From Halothiobacillus sp. (lineage in GTDB: Bacteria; Pseudomonadota; Gammaproteobacteria; JAAZVP01), in contig JAAZVP010000004.1 in NCBI GenBank assembly GCA_018623495.1, positions 2,016-66,015 of the forward strand: a DNA stretch of 64,000 bases. Reading direction: 5' to 3'. The notes under the pieces are model-generated. The model worked only from the letters and a program-made list of their open reading frames with translations, did no database searches and was not told the origin of the DNA. The stretch's first letter is position 1; each line of letters starts with the position of its first letter. Below are positions 38,041-47,757 of this stretch, in pieces. A program made the translations under genes and the position numbers.

Positions 38041-39309
38041 TCAGCCCAGCCGGTAGGCGAACCGCCGCCGGCGCCGGTGGTCGGGCGAGACGTCGTCGGT
38101 CGCCCGCGACCAGTCCTGCACCGCCGCGCGCAGTCGGGCCAGGGTGGCGGCGTGTTCCGGCCGGTCGGCGACGTTGTGGGCCTCCCAGGGATCGGCCTCG
38201 AGGTCGTAGAGCTCTTGTTCGGGCCGGGTCCGGAGGATGCGGGCCTGGGCGTCGTCGAGCCCGCTGCGGCGGGCCACGCGGCGGATGGCGCGGGTGCTGG
38301 GGGAGGCGTTGACGTCGGCGGGCAGGGCATGGGGTTCGCCGAAGTAGGCGTTGTGGATGTACTTGAAGCGCCGCGTGCGGACCCCGCGGACGTGGTCGTC
38401 CACGTCGTGCCAGTTGCGCTCGATGAAGACCCGCTCGCGGCCGCTGAAGGTCCGCTCCGGGAGGGCAGGCCAGTGGCTCTCGCCGTGGAGCCTGCCGGGG
38501 ATGTCCACCCCGGCGGCCTCCAGGGTGGTGGGGCCCAGGTCCAGCAGGCTCACCAGGCCGTGGCGCACGCCGGTGGGCAGGCGGGCGGGGTGGCGCATCA
38601 CCAGGGGCACGCGCACGCCGGGGTCGTAGAGCGTGCCCTTGGCGCCGGGGAAGGGCTGGCCGTGGTCGGAGGAAAAGATCACCAGCGTGTCGTCGGCGAG
38701 CCCGGCGGCGTCGAGGAACTCGAGCACCTCGCCCACCTTGGCGTCCAGGCGGGTGATGGCCGTGTAGTAGCGCGCCAGGTCGATGCGCACGCGCAGGGTG
38801 TCGGGCAGGTAGGCCGGCACGCGCACGTCGCGGGGACGGTACTGGGGAATCTGGCCGGTGAACTGGTAGGGCCGGTGGGGCTCGAGAAAGCCGATGCTGA
38901 GAAAGAAGGGGCGTCCCGCGGGCCGCTCGCGCATGAACGCCGGCCAGTCCCGCGGCCAGGGGCGGGCGAAGTGAAAGCGTTCCCGCGCCGGCTTGCCCAG
39001 GTGCAGCTTGCCCACCGCGCCGGTGAAATAGCCGGCCCGGCCCAGCATCTCGGGGATGAAGGGGGCGTCCGCGGGCAGGGCGCTGTGCAGGTCCTCGGTG
39101 CCCGTGGCGTGGGCATACAGGCCGGAGTAGATGCTCGAACGGCTGGGACTGCATTGCGGGGCGGTGACGAAGGCATGGGTGAAACGCAGTCCCTCGCCGG
39201 CCAGCCGGTCGATGTTGGGCGTGGCGATGCCGGGGTGGCCATAGCAACCGAAGTCCGGCATGCCGGCATCGTCGGCGAACATCCAGATGATGTTGGGGCG
39301 GCGTTGCAT
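38041..39309 (-). CDS. Sulfatase family protein (N-sulfoglucosamine sulfohydrolase-like), no signal peptide
   Basis: PNII..FADD, TPNIDRLA.EG, CSPSR (CxPxR), GY.TG.VGK.H, SDHG, KGTLYD.G.RVPL, ELYDL..DP.E. Confidence 0.93.
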   Translation of the reverse strand: MQRRPNIIWMFADDAGMPDFGCYGHPGIATPNIDRLAGEGLRFTHAFVTAPQCSPSRSSIYSGLYAHATGTEDLHSALPADAPFIPEMLGRAGYFTGAVGKLHLGKPARERFHFARPWPRDWPAFMRERPAGRPFFLSIGFLEPHRPYQFTGQIPQYRPRDVRVPAYLPDTLRVRIDLARYYTAITRLDAKVGEVLEFLDAAGLADDTLVIFSSDHGQPFPGAKGTLYDPGVRVPLVMRHPARLPTGVRHGLVSLLDLGPTTLEAAGVDIPGRLHGESHWPALPERTFSGRERVFIERNWHDVDDHVRGVRTRRFKYIHNAYFGEPHALPADVNASPSTRAIRRVARRSGLDDAQARILRTRPEQELYDLEADPWEAHNVADRPEHAATLARLRAAVQDWSRATDDVSPDHRRRRRFAYRLG

Positions 39310-39380
39310 GACTGGCCTTCCGGGTCGCTGGGTGTCGCTTCGAGCGGCTGCTCCCAGGCTAGCATTCGCGCAGTAGTTCC

Positions 39381-41072
39381 TTATCGGGCCGCCACGATCC
39401 GCGGCCGTCCGGCATCGACCCGCAGGCGTTGGTTGCGTTCCTCCAGGACCCGGTAGTCGGTGCGCTTGACGCTGTCGACGAAGACCCATTCGCTCTCCAC
39501 GGACGCGGGCGTGACGGTGACCGTCATGTAGCCGCGGTGCTCGGTGTCGGCGTAGGCCAGGGGTTCGATGAGCCGGACCAGGCCCGCGGCCACGGCGTCC
39601 GGGTCTTCCTCGGGGAAGTATTCCTCCAGGCCCGGCGAGGAGACCGAGCTGGTGGCGAACTCCACGCCCACCGGGTTGCCGTCGATGTCGGCGAGGTCGC
39701 TGGCCCAGGCGTTGTGGGTGTCGCCGGCGAGGACGACCAGGTTTTTTTCCAGGGCGCGGGCCGTGCCCAGCAGGTTCTCGCGGGCAACGGGGTAGCCGTC
39801 CCAGGCATCGAGGTTGTAGGGGATGGCCGGCTGGGCGAGAACGGCCTGCTCGTCCGGGGTCAGGCTCTGCGGCGCGGTGGCCGCCTTCTGCAGCAGCGCG
39901 CTGTAGTCGGCAAAGCCCACCTGGCCGGTGACCAGCGGGGCGGGGATCTCCATGCGGCCCATCAGCACCTGCTGGCCCAGCAGTTGCCAGGTGGCCGTGG
40001 AGGCCGCCATGCGGCCCTGCAGCCATGCCATCTGCTCGGCCCCCAGCAGTTCGCGGGCGGGATCGGAGAGGGCGGCGGTGAAGGCCGCGGCGTCCAGCGT
40101 GCCGGTGGCCGGGTCGATGAACTCGGCGTAGTCCAGCTGTCGGTCGCGGGCGATCACGCGGGTGTCGAGCATGTAGAGCGAGGCCAGGTCGCCGAACTCG
40201 AAGCTGCGGTAGACGGCCTCGCGGCGTCCGTCGACGGGTTCGCGTACCGGCAGCCACTCGTAGTAGGCCCGGAGGGCCGCCGAGCGGCGGGCCGGGAAGG
40301 CGCCCTCGTCGGCGTCGTGGTTCTCGGCGCCGGCCGCCCAGGTGTCGTTGGCGATCTCGTGGTCGTCCCAGACGAGGATGAACGGCAGGGCGGCATGGAT
40401 GGCCTGCAGGTCGGGGTCCCCGCGATACTGGGCGTAGCGGCGGCGGTAGTCCTCCAGCGTGAACAGTTCGCCGGCGGGCTCGGAGACCCGGCCCATGGCC
40501 TCGGCATCGGCCGAGGCATAGCCGCCGACGCCGTACTCGTAGATGTAGTCGCCCAGGTGGATGGCGGCGTCCAGGTCGTCGCGACGGGCGGCCTCGGCGT
40601 AGACGTGGAAGTGGCCCGCCGGGTAGTTGGAGCAGGAGAAGACGGCGAACCGCAGCGCCTCCACCCGGCCCACCGGCAGGGTCCGGGTGCGGCCGACGGG
40701 CGAGTGCCGGCCGCGGTGGCCGAAGCGGTAGTAGTAGCGCGTGCCGGGCAGCAGGCCGCTGACGTCGATCTTGACCGTGTAGTCCCGGGCGCGGCCGGTC
40801 ACCGTGGTGCCCGAGGCGAGCACGTCGGTGAATCCGGCATCGGCCGCGATTTCCCAGTCGATGGCCACGTCCGCTTCCCGCGAGGGGGTGGCCCGCGTCC
40901 AGATCACCACGCCCTCGGCCCCGGGGTCGCCGCTGGCCACGCCGTGGTCGAACGTCACCTCGGCGGCGTCGTCACCCCCGCAGCCGGTCAGCGAGAGGCC
41001 GGTAGCGACGGCGGCGGTACCGATGGCGACGCCACGGATGAAGCGTCGGCGGGAGGGATCGTGGGCATGCAT
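39381..41072 (-). CDS. phoD: Alkaline phosphatase D family protein, Tat-exported lipoprotein
   Basis: Tat motif SRRRFI, lipobox LTGC, F.HGVASGDP, HLGDYIYE, WDDHEIAND, NLDAWDGY, GDTH. Confidence 0.95.
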   Translation of the reverse strand: MHAHDPSRRRFIRGVAIGTAAVATGLSLTGCGGDDAAEVTFDHGVASGDPGAEGVVIWTRATPSREADVAIDWEIAADAGFTDVLASGTTVTGRARDYTVKIDVSGLLPGTRYYYRFGHRGRHSPVGRTRTLPVGRVEALRFAVFSCSNYPAGHFHVYAEAARRDDLDAAIHLGDYIYEYGVGGYASADAEAMGRVSEPAGELFTLEDYRRRYAQYRGDPDLQAIHAALPFILVWDDHEIANDTWAAGAENHDADEGAFPARRSAALRAYYEWLPVREPVDGRREAVYRSFEFGDLASLYMLDTRVIARDRQLDYAEFIDPATGTLDAAAFTAALSDPARELLGAEQMAWLQGRMAASTATWQLLGQQVLMGRMEIPAPLVTGQVGFADYSALLQKAATAPQSLTPDEQAVLAQPAIPYNLDAWDGYPVARENLLGTARALEKNLVVLAGDTHNAWASDLADIDGNPVGVEFATSSVSSPGLEEYFPEEDPDAVAAGLVRLIEPLAYADTEHRGYMTVTVTPASVESEWVFVDSVKRTDYRVLEERNQRLRVDAGRPRIVAAR

Positions 41073-41143
41073 GGCGCGTTCCTCGCTGCGGGATGGGGGA
41101 TCGGGATGATCCGGGTATCCCATCAGCCGAATGCGGCAACGCC

Positions 41144-41172
41144 GTTGCAGGGCGGTTACGGGTCCGTGACAG
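41144..41172 (-). promoter_or_regulatory. Pho box (three 11-bp repeats) upstream of phoD
   Basis: Minus strand CTGTCAC-ggac-CCGTAAC-cgcc-CTGCAAC, resembling the CTGTCAT PhoB half-site at 11-bp period. Confidence 0.7.
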
Positions 41173-41181
41173 TCGCCGGGT

Positions 41182-41916
41182 TCAGGGCGGGAACGCGTTG
41201 CCCTCGAAGTCGAAGCGGCCGCCGGAGTCCCCGGCTCCCAGCCCGTCGATCACGGCGAACAGCCGCTCGGCGGTGAACGCGGGGGTTTGCAGCTGGCCGG
41301 CCGGCAGGCGCGCCTGGAAGGGGCGGGAGAGGGCCGTGTCGGTGGTGCCGGGCTGGAGGCCGGCCACGATCACCGCCGAGCGGTTCATCGTCAGCTCGAT
41401 GGCGAAGTTCTTGAGCAGCATGTTCAGCGCGGCCTTGCTGGCCCGGTAGCTGTGCCAGCCGCCGGAGCGGTTGTCGGTGATCGATCCCAGCCTGGCCGAG
41501 AGCACGCCGATCCGGGTGGGGTGCTTGCGGTCGATACGATCGAGAAGCCGCGCCAGGAACAGGGCGGGCCCTACGGCATTGAGGCGATAGGCCGTCACCA
41601 GGTGCTCGGCCTCCAGCTCGCGGTAGCGTTTCTCCGGCCGGTGGGTCGGGTCGTGGAGCCAGCCGGTCGCCAGCAATGCGTGGTCCAGGGCCAGGTCCCG
41701 GGGCAGGCCCTCCAGGGCGAGGTCGATGCTTTCCGGGGCGGTGAGATCCAGGATCCCGCGGAGCTCGCCGTGGCGGGCCGGCGGAAGGCCCTCGGGATCG
41801 CGCCCCAGGGCGTGCACGCGCCAGCCGGGACGGACCCGGCGGAGGTGGTCGAAGTAGGCGCGGCCGATGCCGCCGCCGACCCCCAGGATCAGCGCGTTGC
41901 CGCCGGATTCGCTCAC
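41182..41916 (-). CDS. SDR family oxidoreductase (CsgA/C-factor-like)
   Basis: GVGGGIG, SARLGSITDN..GGWHSYRASKAALNM (YxxxK), PGTTDT.LS.PF. Confidence 0.92.
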   Translation of the reverse strand: MSESGGNALILGVGGGIGRAYFDHLRRVRPGWRVHALGRDPEGLPPARHGELRGILDLTAPESIDLALEGLPRDLALDHALLATGWLHDPTHRPEKRYRELEAEHLVTAYRLNAVGPALFLARLLDRIDRKHPTRIGVLSARLGSITDNRSGGWHSYRASKAALNMLLKNFAIELTMNRSAVIVAGLQPGTTDTALSRPFQARLPAGQLQTPAFTAERLFAVIDGLGAGDSGGRFDFEGNAFPP

Positions 41917-41941
41917 AGGGCTGTCTCCGTCGGGGAAGGCT

Positions 41942-42496
41942 TCAGGCGCGCGAGCGCAGGACCAGCGAGCTCAGGTCGCGGGCGCCCGAGCTGCGGATAT
42001 GGCGTTCCAGCAGCGCCAGGGCCGGCTGGAAACGGCGCTCGTCGTCGAAACCGCTGTCGCGCTCGGCCGCGCGCATCTCGGCGTAGAGTCGTTCCCACTG
42101 CTCGATCAGGTCGCGCTGCGGGAGGAAGCGGGCCGAGGTGTAGCCGACGATGCCGCCGTCGCCGCGGATGGGCGCGAAGCGTGCCAGCACCCAGTAGTGG
42201 TCCCCGTTCTTGGCGCGGTTCTTGGTGAAGCCGTAGAACTCGTCCCCCGCCTGCAGGTGTTTCCACATGCTGTAATAGATGCTGTCGGGCATGTCCGGGT
42301 GGCGCAGGATGTTGTGTGGCTGGCCGACGAGTTCCTCGCGCGAGAAACCGGAGATCTCGGCCAGCGAGCGGCTTGCCTGGGTGATGAAGCCCGCGAGGTC
42401 GGTCTTGGACTGGATGGCCCGCCGGCCGCTGATTTCCACTTCGCGGCCGGTGACGCGGGTCACGTCCACGGGCGGGGTGTGTCCGCTGGTGAGCAC
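41942..42496 (-). CDS. Stand-alone Aer-type (FAD-binding) PAS protein
   Basis: SKTD..G.I, ISGFS.EELVGQPHNILRHPDMP, MW..L, KNRAKNGDHYWV, GYTS.R; GTG start after a GGAGG RBS; no TM or MCP domain. Confidence 0.88.
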   Translation of the reverse strand: MLTSGHTPPVDVTRVTGREVEISGRRAIQSKTDLAGFITQASRSLAEISGFSREELVGQPHNILRHPDMPDSIYYSMWKHLQAGDEFYGFTKNRAKNGDHYWVLARFAPIRGDGGIVGYTSARFLPQRDLIEQWERLYAEMRAAERDSGFDDERRFQPALALLERHIRSSGARDLSSLVLRSRA

Positions 42497-42605
42497 CTGA
42501 GTCCCTCCAGGTCGAAGAATGGATTCACCCCATGATAAAAGGGTTTCGGTGGGGGTTAAAGCGCCGGGCCGGTTCAGGGCGATCGTTGCAGGGGAACGGC
42601 GATGA

Positions 42606-42897
42606 GCGAACCTGCTGGTACTACTCGGTGACCTCGACCCGGACCGGCCCCTGGAGGTGGAGTTGGCGCGGCGGGTGGAGGCGGATGTCGCGATCCGCTG
42701 GGTCGCCGGCAACCCCGACACCGAGACCGAGGCCTGCGTCGATCATCTCTTCGGCTCGGCGCTGGCCGAGGGCAACCCCGACGGCCGGGTCGAGACCCTC
42801 GCGGGGTTGCGTGTTGCCGGGCCGGGCGGGGTGTTTCGCGGGGGGCATCCGCGTGGACGGCCTGGGGCAGGCGGGCTCGCGGTGGCTGGCGGCCTGA
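42606..42897 (+). pseudogene. Metallophosphoesterase gene relic
   Basis: LLVLLGDL..DRPLEVEL...RWVAGNPD...LFGS.LA..N.DGRV..LAGLRVAG.GGVFRG: GD and GN(H)D motifs are degenerate. No start codon, and the gene is truncated. Confidence 0.55.
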
Positions 42898-42945
42898 TTC
42901 CCGGCCCGAGGCGCTACACTACCGGGAAAACACCGGAGTGCCCGC

Positions 42946-43698
42946 ATGAATCGACGAATGCTCCTGCTCGCCCTGCCGCTGGCCTGGGCCTGCGCGTCGG
43001 CCGAGGCCGGCTGGCGGGACTGGCTGGATTCCGCCCGTGACACCCTGGACGGCAGCGGGGACAGCGGCGATCCGGCGGCAGCCGGGATCACCGATGCCGA
43101 GGTGGCCGACGGCCTGCGGGCGGCCCTGGTCCAGGGGGCGGAGCGCGCCGTGGACACCCTGGGGCGGGAAGGCGGTTTCCTCGACGACCCCCGGGTGCGC
43201 ATCGGCATCCCCGAGCCGCTGACCCCGGTGGCCCGCACCTTGCGGGCCGTGGGCCAGGGGGAGCGGGTGGAAGCCTTCGAGCGGCGACTCAACCGGGCCG
43301 CGGAAGCGGCCGTGCCTGCCGCCCGCGAGGTGGTGGTGGCAGGCATCCGCGGGATGACCCTCGCCGATGCCCGGGGCATCCTCCAGGGCGGCGACACGGC
43401 CGCCACCGACTACCTGCGGCGCACCGGCGGTGACCGCATCCGGGAAAGGATGCGCCCGCTGGTGGAAGAGGCCACCCGCGAAGCGGAAGTGACCCGCTAC
43501 TACAAGGCGGTCCACGAGCAGGCCGAGAAGTTCGCCGGTGGCGTGGTGGACCTGGAGGGCCTGGACATCGACGCCCATGTCACCGAGCAGGCCACCGAGG
43601 CGCTTTTCCGGCTGATCGCCGAGGAAGAACGACGGATCCGCGAGGATCCCGTGGCGCGGGGCAGCGAGCTGCTGCAGCGTGTCTTCGGTGGCGGCTGA
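42946..43698 (+). CDS. DUF4197 family secreted protein
   Basis: Signal peptide; GLRAAL..G...AV..LG..GGF, NRAAEAA, MT..DA..IL.GG.TAATDYL, IA.EE..IR.DP.AR....L..VFG. Confidence 0.9.
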   Translation: MNRRMLLLALPLAWACASAEAGWRDWLDSARDTLDGSGDSGDPAAAGITDAEVADGLRAALVQGAERAVDTLGREGGFLDDPRVRIGIPEPLTPVARTLRAVGQGERVEAFERRLNRAAEAAVPAAREVVVAGIRGMTLADARGILQGGDTAATDYLRRTGGDRIRERMRPLVEEATREAEVTRYYKAVHEQAEKFAGGVVDLEGLDIDAHVTEQATEALFRLIAEEERRIREDPVARGSELLQRVFGGG

Positions 43699-43747
43699 AC
43701 CCTGCCGCTGCCCGGTCTTTCAATCGACTGCGAAGGGGAGAGGACGG

Positions 43748-43999
43748 ATGGGGCTGTTTTCCTGGATCATCCTGGGCCTGCTGGCCGGTTTCCTGGCCCG
43801 CCGGCTCCTCCCGGGGATCGCCTCGGGCGGGTTGTTGACCACCCTGGTCCTGGGGGTGGTGGGGGCCCTGGTTGGCGGTTACCTCGGCACGCTGATCGGC
43901 TTCGGAGAGGTCGCCGGTCTCGACCCGGTCAGCCTGTTGCTGGCCGTGTTCGGCGCGGTGCTGGTACTGGCCGGCTACAAGCTCATTCGCCGGATCTAG
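43748..43999 (+). CDS. GlsB/YeaQ/YmgE family membrane protein
   Basis: MG..SWIILGL.AG.LA..L.PG, LGVVGA.VGG, A..GA..VL. Confidence 0.9.
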   Translation: MGLFSWIILGLLAGFLARRLLPGIASGGLLTTLVLGVVGALVGGYLGTLIGFGEVAGLDPVSLLLAVFGAVLVLAGYKLIRRI

Positions 44000-44000
44000 A

Positions 44001-44699
44001 ATGAACGGCGGGCAGACAGGGGACGAGAAAAGGCCGGGCACGGGCCCGCTCCAGGTGCTCGCCATCGTGCTGGTCACGGTTCTGGTGACCGTGGCGGGCA
44101 CCTGGTGGGTGCTCGAGACCTATGTCTTCGTCAGCGAATTCGAGCCGGTGGAGCTGCAGGCGGAGGAGCGCCGTGTCCTGGACGGCAAGCTGCGCGCCCT
44201 GGGGATTCGGCCCGAAGACGGCCCCCGGGACCGCTTGGCGCCGTCCGCCGAGGCATTCGACGAACAGGGGCGGCTCCAACCCCGGCCCTACAGCGAGGCC
44301 GGCGCGCCGCGCGAGGTGCGTTTCGACGAGCGCGAGCTCAACGCCCTGCTGGCCAACAACACCGACCTGGCCCGCAGGATGGCCGTCGACCTCTCCGATG
44401 ACCTGGTCAGCGTCAGGCTGCTGGTGCCGGTGGATCCCGCCTTCCCCGTGCTGGGTGGCCGGACCCTGCGGGTCGATGCCGGCGTCGAGGTCCGTTACAC
44501 CGGCGAGCGGCCCGCGGTGATGGTGCGTGGCGTGAGCCTGATGGGCGTGCCGTTGCCCGCGGCCTGGCTGGGCGGGCTGAAGAACGTCGACCTGGTGGAG
44601 CAGTACGGCGCCCGCCCGGGTTTCTGGCAGTCCTTTTCCGCGGGCGTGGAGGATGTCGTCGTGGAAGAGGGCAGGCTGACGGTGAAGCTGCGCGAGTAG
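44001..44699 (+). CDS. Hypothetical protein with N-terminal membrane anchor
   Basis: TM segment at about aa 17-40; ERELNALLA.NTDLA, GVSLMGVPLP.AWLGGLKN.DLV; coupled to the upstream gene. Confidence 0.8.
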   Translation: MNGGQTGDEKRPGTGPLQVLAIVLVTVLVTVAGTWWVLETYVFVSEFEPVELQAEERRVLDGKLRALGIRPEDGPRDRLAPSAEAFDEQGRLQPRPYSEAGAPREVRFDERELNALLANNTDLARRMAVDLSDDLVSVRLLVPVDPAFPVLGGRTLRVDAGVEVRYTGERPAVMVRGVSLMGVPLPAAWLGGLKNVDLVEQYGARPGFWQSFSAGVEDVVVEEGRLTVKLRE

Positions 44700-44709
44700 G
44701 GCGTTCCGG

Positions 44710-46332
44710 TCAGGTCTTGAACTCGCGGGCGATGCCGTCGAGCCGCTCGGCCAGCGCGGCGACCTCCTGGGTGGCCGTGGCCGAGTCCCCGGCGCCCGCG
44801 GCGGTCTGGCGGGTGATCTCGCGGATGGTCTCGATATTCTCGTTCACCCGGGTCATCAGGCCCGACTGGCGCTCGGCGTCGGCGAGGATGTGCTCGTTGC
44901 GCCGGGCGATGGCGTCGACCGCCTCGCGGATCGCGTCCAGGGCCTGTGCCGCCCGCCGGGACTCCGCGACGCTGGTCCGGGCCTGCTCGGTGCCCTCGCT
45001 CATGGCCCGGCGGGCGTTCTCGGAGAGCTGCTCCAGGCGCTCGAGGGTGTCGCGGATGGCGTGGGTGGACTCCTGGGTCCGCTGCGACAGGCTGCGCACC
45101 TCCTCGGCGACCACCGCGAAGCCGCGGCCTTCCTCGCCGGCGCGGGCGGCCTCGATGGCGGCGTTCAGCGCCAGCAGGTTGGTCTGCTCGGCGATGTCGG
45201 TGATCGAGGCGAGGATGCCGCCGATCTTCTCCACCCCGCCGGCGAGTTCGCCCACGGCGTGGTCCGCTCCTTCCACCCGCTCGGCGAGCCCGGAGATCCC
45301 CTCGGCCACCTGGCTCACCTGTCGCTGGCCGGTGTCGGTCTGGCCACGGGCCTCGATCGCCTCCTGGCTGGCCTCGCGGGCATTGTCCGTGGTCGTGCGC
45401 GTCGCCTCCGAGACCGCTCCCATCCGTTCCACCAGCTGGCCGGTGTCGCCTTCCTGTGACTGCATCCCCTGGCGGGTCTGGTCGACGATCCGTTGCAGGT
45501 CGTGGGCGGTGTGGGTGACATCGCCGGTGGCCCGCATGAGGTCGCCGAGGATGGCCTGGAAGTGGTCGAGCATGTGGTCCACGGCATCCCCCACGCCCTG
45601 GAACTCGTCCCGGGTCTCGAGGTGGACCCGGGGGCGGAGGTCGGTGTTCTCGTCGACGGCGGTCATGGTGCCCTGGAGATGGCGCAGCGGCCGGATCACC
45701 ACGCGGTAGAGCACCCAGCCCACCAGTACCAGCCCCACGGCGAAGATCGCCAGGTTGATGCCCGCGGCGGTCCACAGCTGGCGGCGCATCTCGGCGTCGC
45801 GCCCGGCCAGCGAGAAGTCGAGCCGCGCCGCACCCAGGACCGCGCCCTCGGGCGCCGTGTGGCAGGTGGTGCAGTCGGTGCCCTTGTAGTCCTTGCTGTT
45901 GACGAAGGGCTGGACGAGGGTGAGCACCCGCTCGCCGTCGCGGCGATCCCAGCGCACGATCGATTCGCCGTCCAGGCCGCGGCGGTCGAGGTTGTCCTGC
46001 GGCCGTTCGCTGGGCAGGCCGGGGCCGAAGCTCTCGCTGACCGCCTCGCTGCGCAGCATGCGCAGATCGAGGATCTCCTCGCGCCGGAGCAGCTTTTCGC
46101 GCGGCACCTCGCGCTGGCTCATGGTGCCCGTGTACATCATGGCATTGAGGCCGTCGAGGTAGCTGCTGACGATGTCGCGCGCCTGGCTCTCGGCGGTCTC
46201 CACCGCCTGCTGCTTCTGTTGGTGGGCGGAGTAGAGCAGCGCCAGGCCGATGGCGGCGAGAAAGATCAGCGCCACCGGCGCCAGGATCTTGAGCTGGACG
46301 GAGATGAAGCGGGTGCCTGTTTTTCCGGACAT
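44710..46332 (-). CDS. Methyl-accepting chemotaxis protein with periplasmic CXXCH (heme c) sensor
   Basis: TM-sensor(DCTTCH)-TM-HAMP-MCP; hairpin [33 protein letters not shown]. Confidence 0.95.
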   Translation of the reverse strand: MSGKTGTRFISVQLKILAPVALIFLAAIGLALLYSAHQQKQQAVETAESQARDIVSSYLDGLNAMMYTGTMSQREVPREKLLRREEILDLRMLRSEAVSESFGPGLPSERPQDNLDRRGLDGESIVRWDRRDGERVLTLVQPFVNSKDYKGTDCTTCHTAPEGAVLGAARLDFSLAGRDAEMRRQLWTAAGINLAIFAVGLVLVGWVLYRVVIRPLRHLQGTMTAVDENTDLRPRVHLETRDEFQGVGDAVDHMLDHFQAILGDLMRATGDVTHTAHDLQRIVDQTRQGMQSQEGDTGQLVERMGAVSEATRTTTDNAREASQEAIEARGQTDTGQRQVSQVAEGISGLAERVEGADHAVGELAGGVEKIGGILASITDIAEQTNLLALNAAIEAARAGEEGRGFAVVAEEVRSLSQRTQESTHAIRDTLERLEQLSENARRAMSEGTEQARTSVAESRRAAQALDAIREAVDAIARRNEHILADAERQSGLMTRVNENIETIREITRQTAAGAGDSATATQEVAALAERLDGIAREFKT

Positions 46333-46363
46333 GGATCGGCCGCGTGGTTGACTGTCTGTCCCG

Positions 46364-46390
46364 TTATCGGCGGGAGGCAGCGATCCCTGA
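46364..46390 (-). promoter_or_regulatory. Sigma-28 (FliA) promoter of the MCP gene
   Basis: Minus strand TCAG-N15-GCCGATAA, about 30 nt before the ATG. Confidence 0.85.
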
Positions 46391-46407
46391 GCCTCCGGGG
46401 CGTTTCG

Positions 46408-47757
46408 TCAGTCGCCGCTGCCCGGGGGCCGGCGCAGGAGCTGGCGCACCATCCAGGCCAGTATCGACAGCCCGCCGAGCAGGACCCCCCAGAGCACCAC
46501 CCGGGACCAGGGAAAGGGCGCTCGGGGCGGTTGCAGCCGCCCGGCACCGCCCAGGGCGAAGGGTTCGCCCGCGGTGGCGGGGCCGGCGAGTCGCTCGCGC
46601 TCGCCGCCGTCGAGACCGGCCAGCAGCCCCGCGGCCGGCCGGTGGTGGCGCGTCGATTCGTGGCTGCCCCAGGCGAGGGTGTAGGGCCCGGGTCCCTCGG
46701 CCACGAAGGTCAGCCGATGGGCCACCCAGCCCAGGGCGAGTACCGGGGGCCGGCCGGGGTCCGGTTCCAGTGCCAGGCGCCACTGCCGGTCGCCGTTGGG
46801 CGGGAAGGCCAGCGGGTCGCTTTCCAGCACCAGGCCGTCATGCGCCAGCCGGTGGGCGCCGCCCCGTGCCCGCGGCTGCCACGGCGCCGCGGCCGTCGGC
46901 CGCGACTCCAGGCGCAGCTGGCGGACGAAGTTGCGGGCGTCGCTCTCCAGCCGCGCCCGGTCCACGGGGAATCGGCCGCCGATGTCCAGCCGGTAGCCGT
47001 CGGCCGGGTCGGCTGCACGTCGCGGCGCCGGTCTCAGCCAGTTGCGGGGCCGCGGGGCCTGGCGGGGCTCGAAGCCGGCCTCGACGCCTTCGAGGGTGAC
47101 TTCGGCGAGCGCCGTCGGCCAGTCGATGCGCAGGTAGCGGGCCTCGGTCGGCGGGAGGTCGATGCGCCGCCGAACCAGCCGCGTCCCGTCGGCCGCGAGG
47201 TCGGCCACCGCCGCCCTCGCCACCAGCTTCCGCCAGTCGGCGAGGTCGTCGCCGGCGAATACCGCCAGCCGGCCGGCGAAGCCCGCGTCGGTCGGCCGCT
47301 GCCACTGCAGGGTGATCCGGGTGGGTGGCGACTCCAGACCGCCGAGGTCCACCACCCAGGCGGTGACCCGGTCGCGGGTGGCGGATTCGTCGTCGCTGCG
47401 GATCAGGGTGCCGTCGTCCCGGGTGATGATCTCCAGCCGCCGGCTCCCGGACTGCCCCTGCACGCGCAGCGGGAAGGCCGGCAGTTCCACGGCCGCCGGC
47501 GCCGTCCCGGGCCGCGTTCGGGGGTGGGTCAGGCGCAATGGAACCGGCTGGCCGTCGGCGTTGAATACCGCCAGATCGTCCAGCCGGGGACTGACCGCGT
47601 CGCGGTAGACCGCCGTCGGCACCTCCAGCGAGCGGATCGGCGCGCTGCCCGGGGTCGCGAGCTCGGCACCGAAGGCGAAGTCCGTGGGCTCGATGGCCGC
47701 GGCCGGGCCGGCAGCGAGGAGGACGGCCAGGGCGAGCAGGGCGTCAATCCGGGACAT
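46408..47757 (-). CDS. DUF3999 family protein
   Basis: Signal peptide, DLAVFNADG..VP, GDDL..WR, F.A.GPGPYTLAWG and a C-terminal TM (LWGVLLGG...L..M...L); follows DUF2339. Confidence 0.8.
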   Translation of the reverse strand: MSRIDALLALAVLLAAGPAAAIEPTDFAFGAELATPGSAPIRSLEVPTAVYRDAVSPRLDDLAVFNADGQPVPLRLTHPRTRPGTAPAAVELPAFPLRVQGQSGSRRLEIITRDDGTLIRSDDESATRDRVTAWVVDLGGLESPPTRITLQWQRPTDAGFAGRLAVFAGDDLADWRKLVARAAVADLAADGTRLVRRRIDLPPTEARYLRIDWPTALAEVTLEGVEAGFEPRQAPRPRNWLRPAPRRAADPADGYRLDIGGRFPVDRARLESDARNFVRQLRLESRPTAAAPWQPRARGGAHRLAHDGLVLESDPLAFPPNGDRQWRLALEPDPGRPPVLALGWVAHRLTFVAEGPGPYTLAWGSHESTRHHRPAAGLLAGLDGGERERLAGPATAGEPFALGGAGRLQPPRAPFPWSRVVLWGVLLGGLSILAWMVRQLLRRPPGSGD

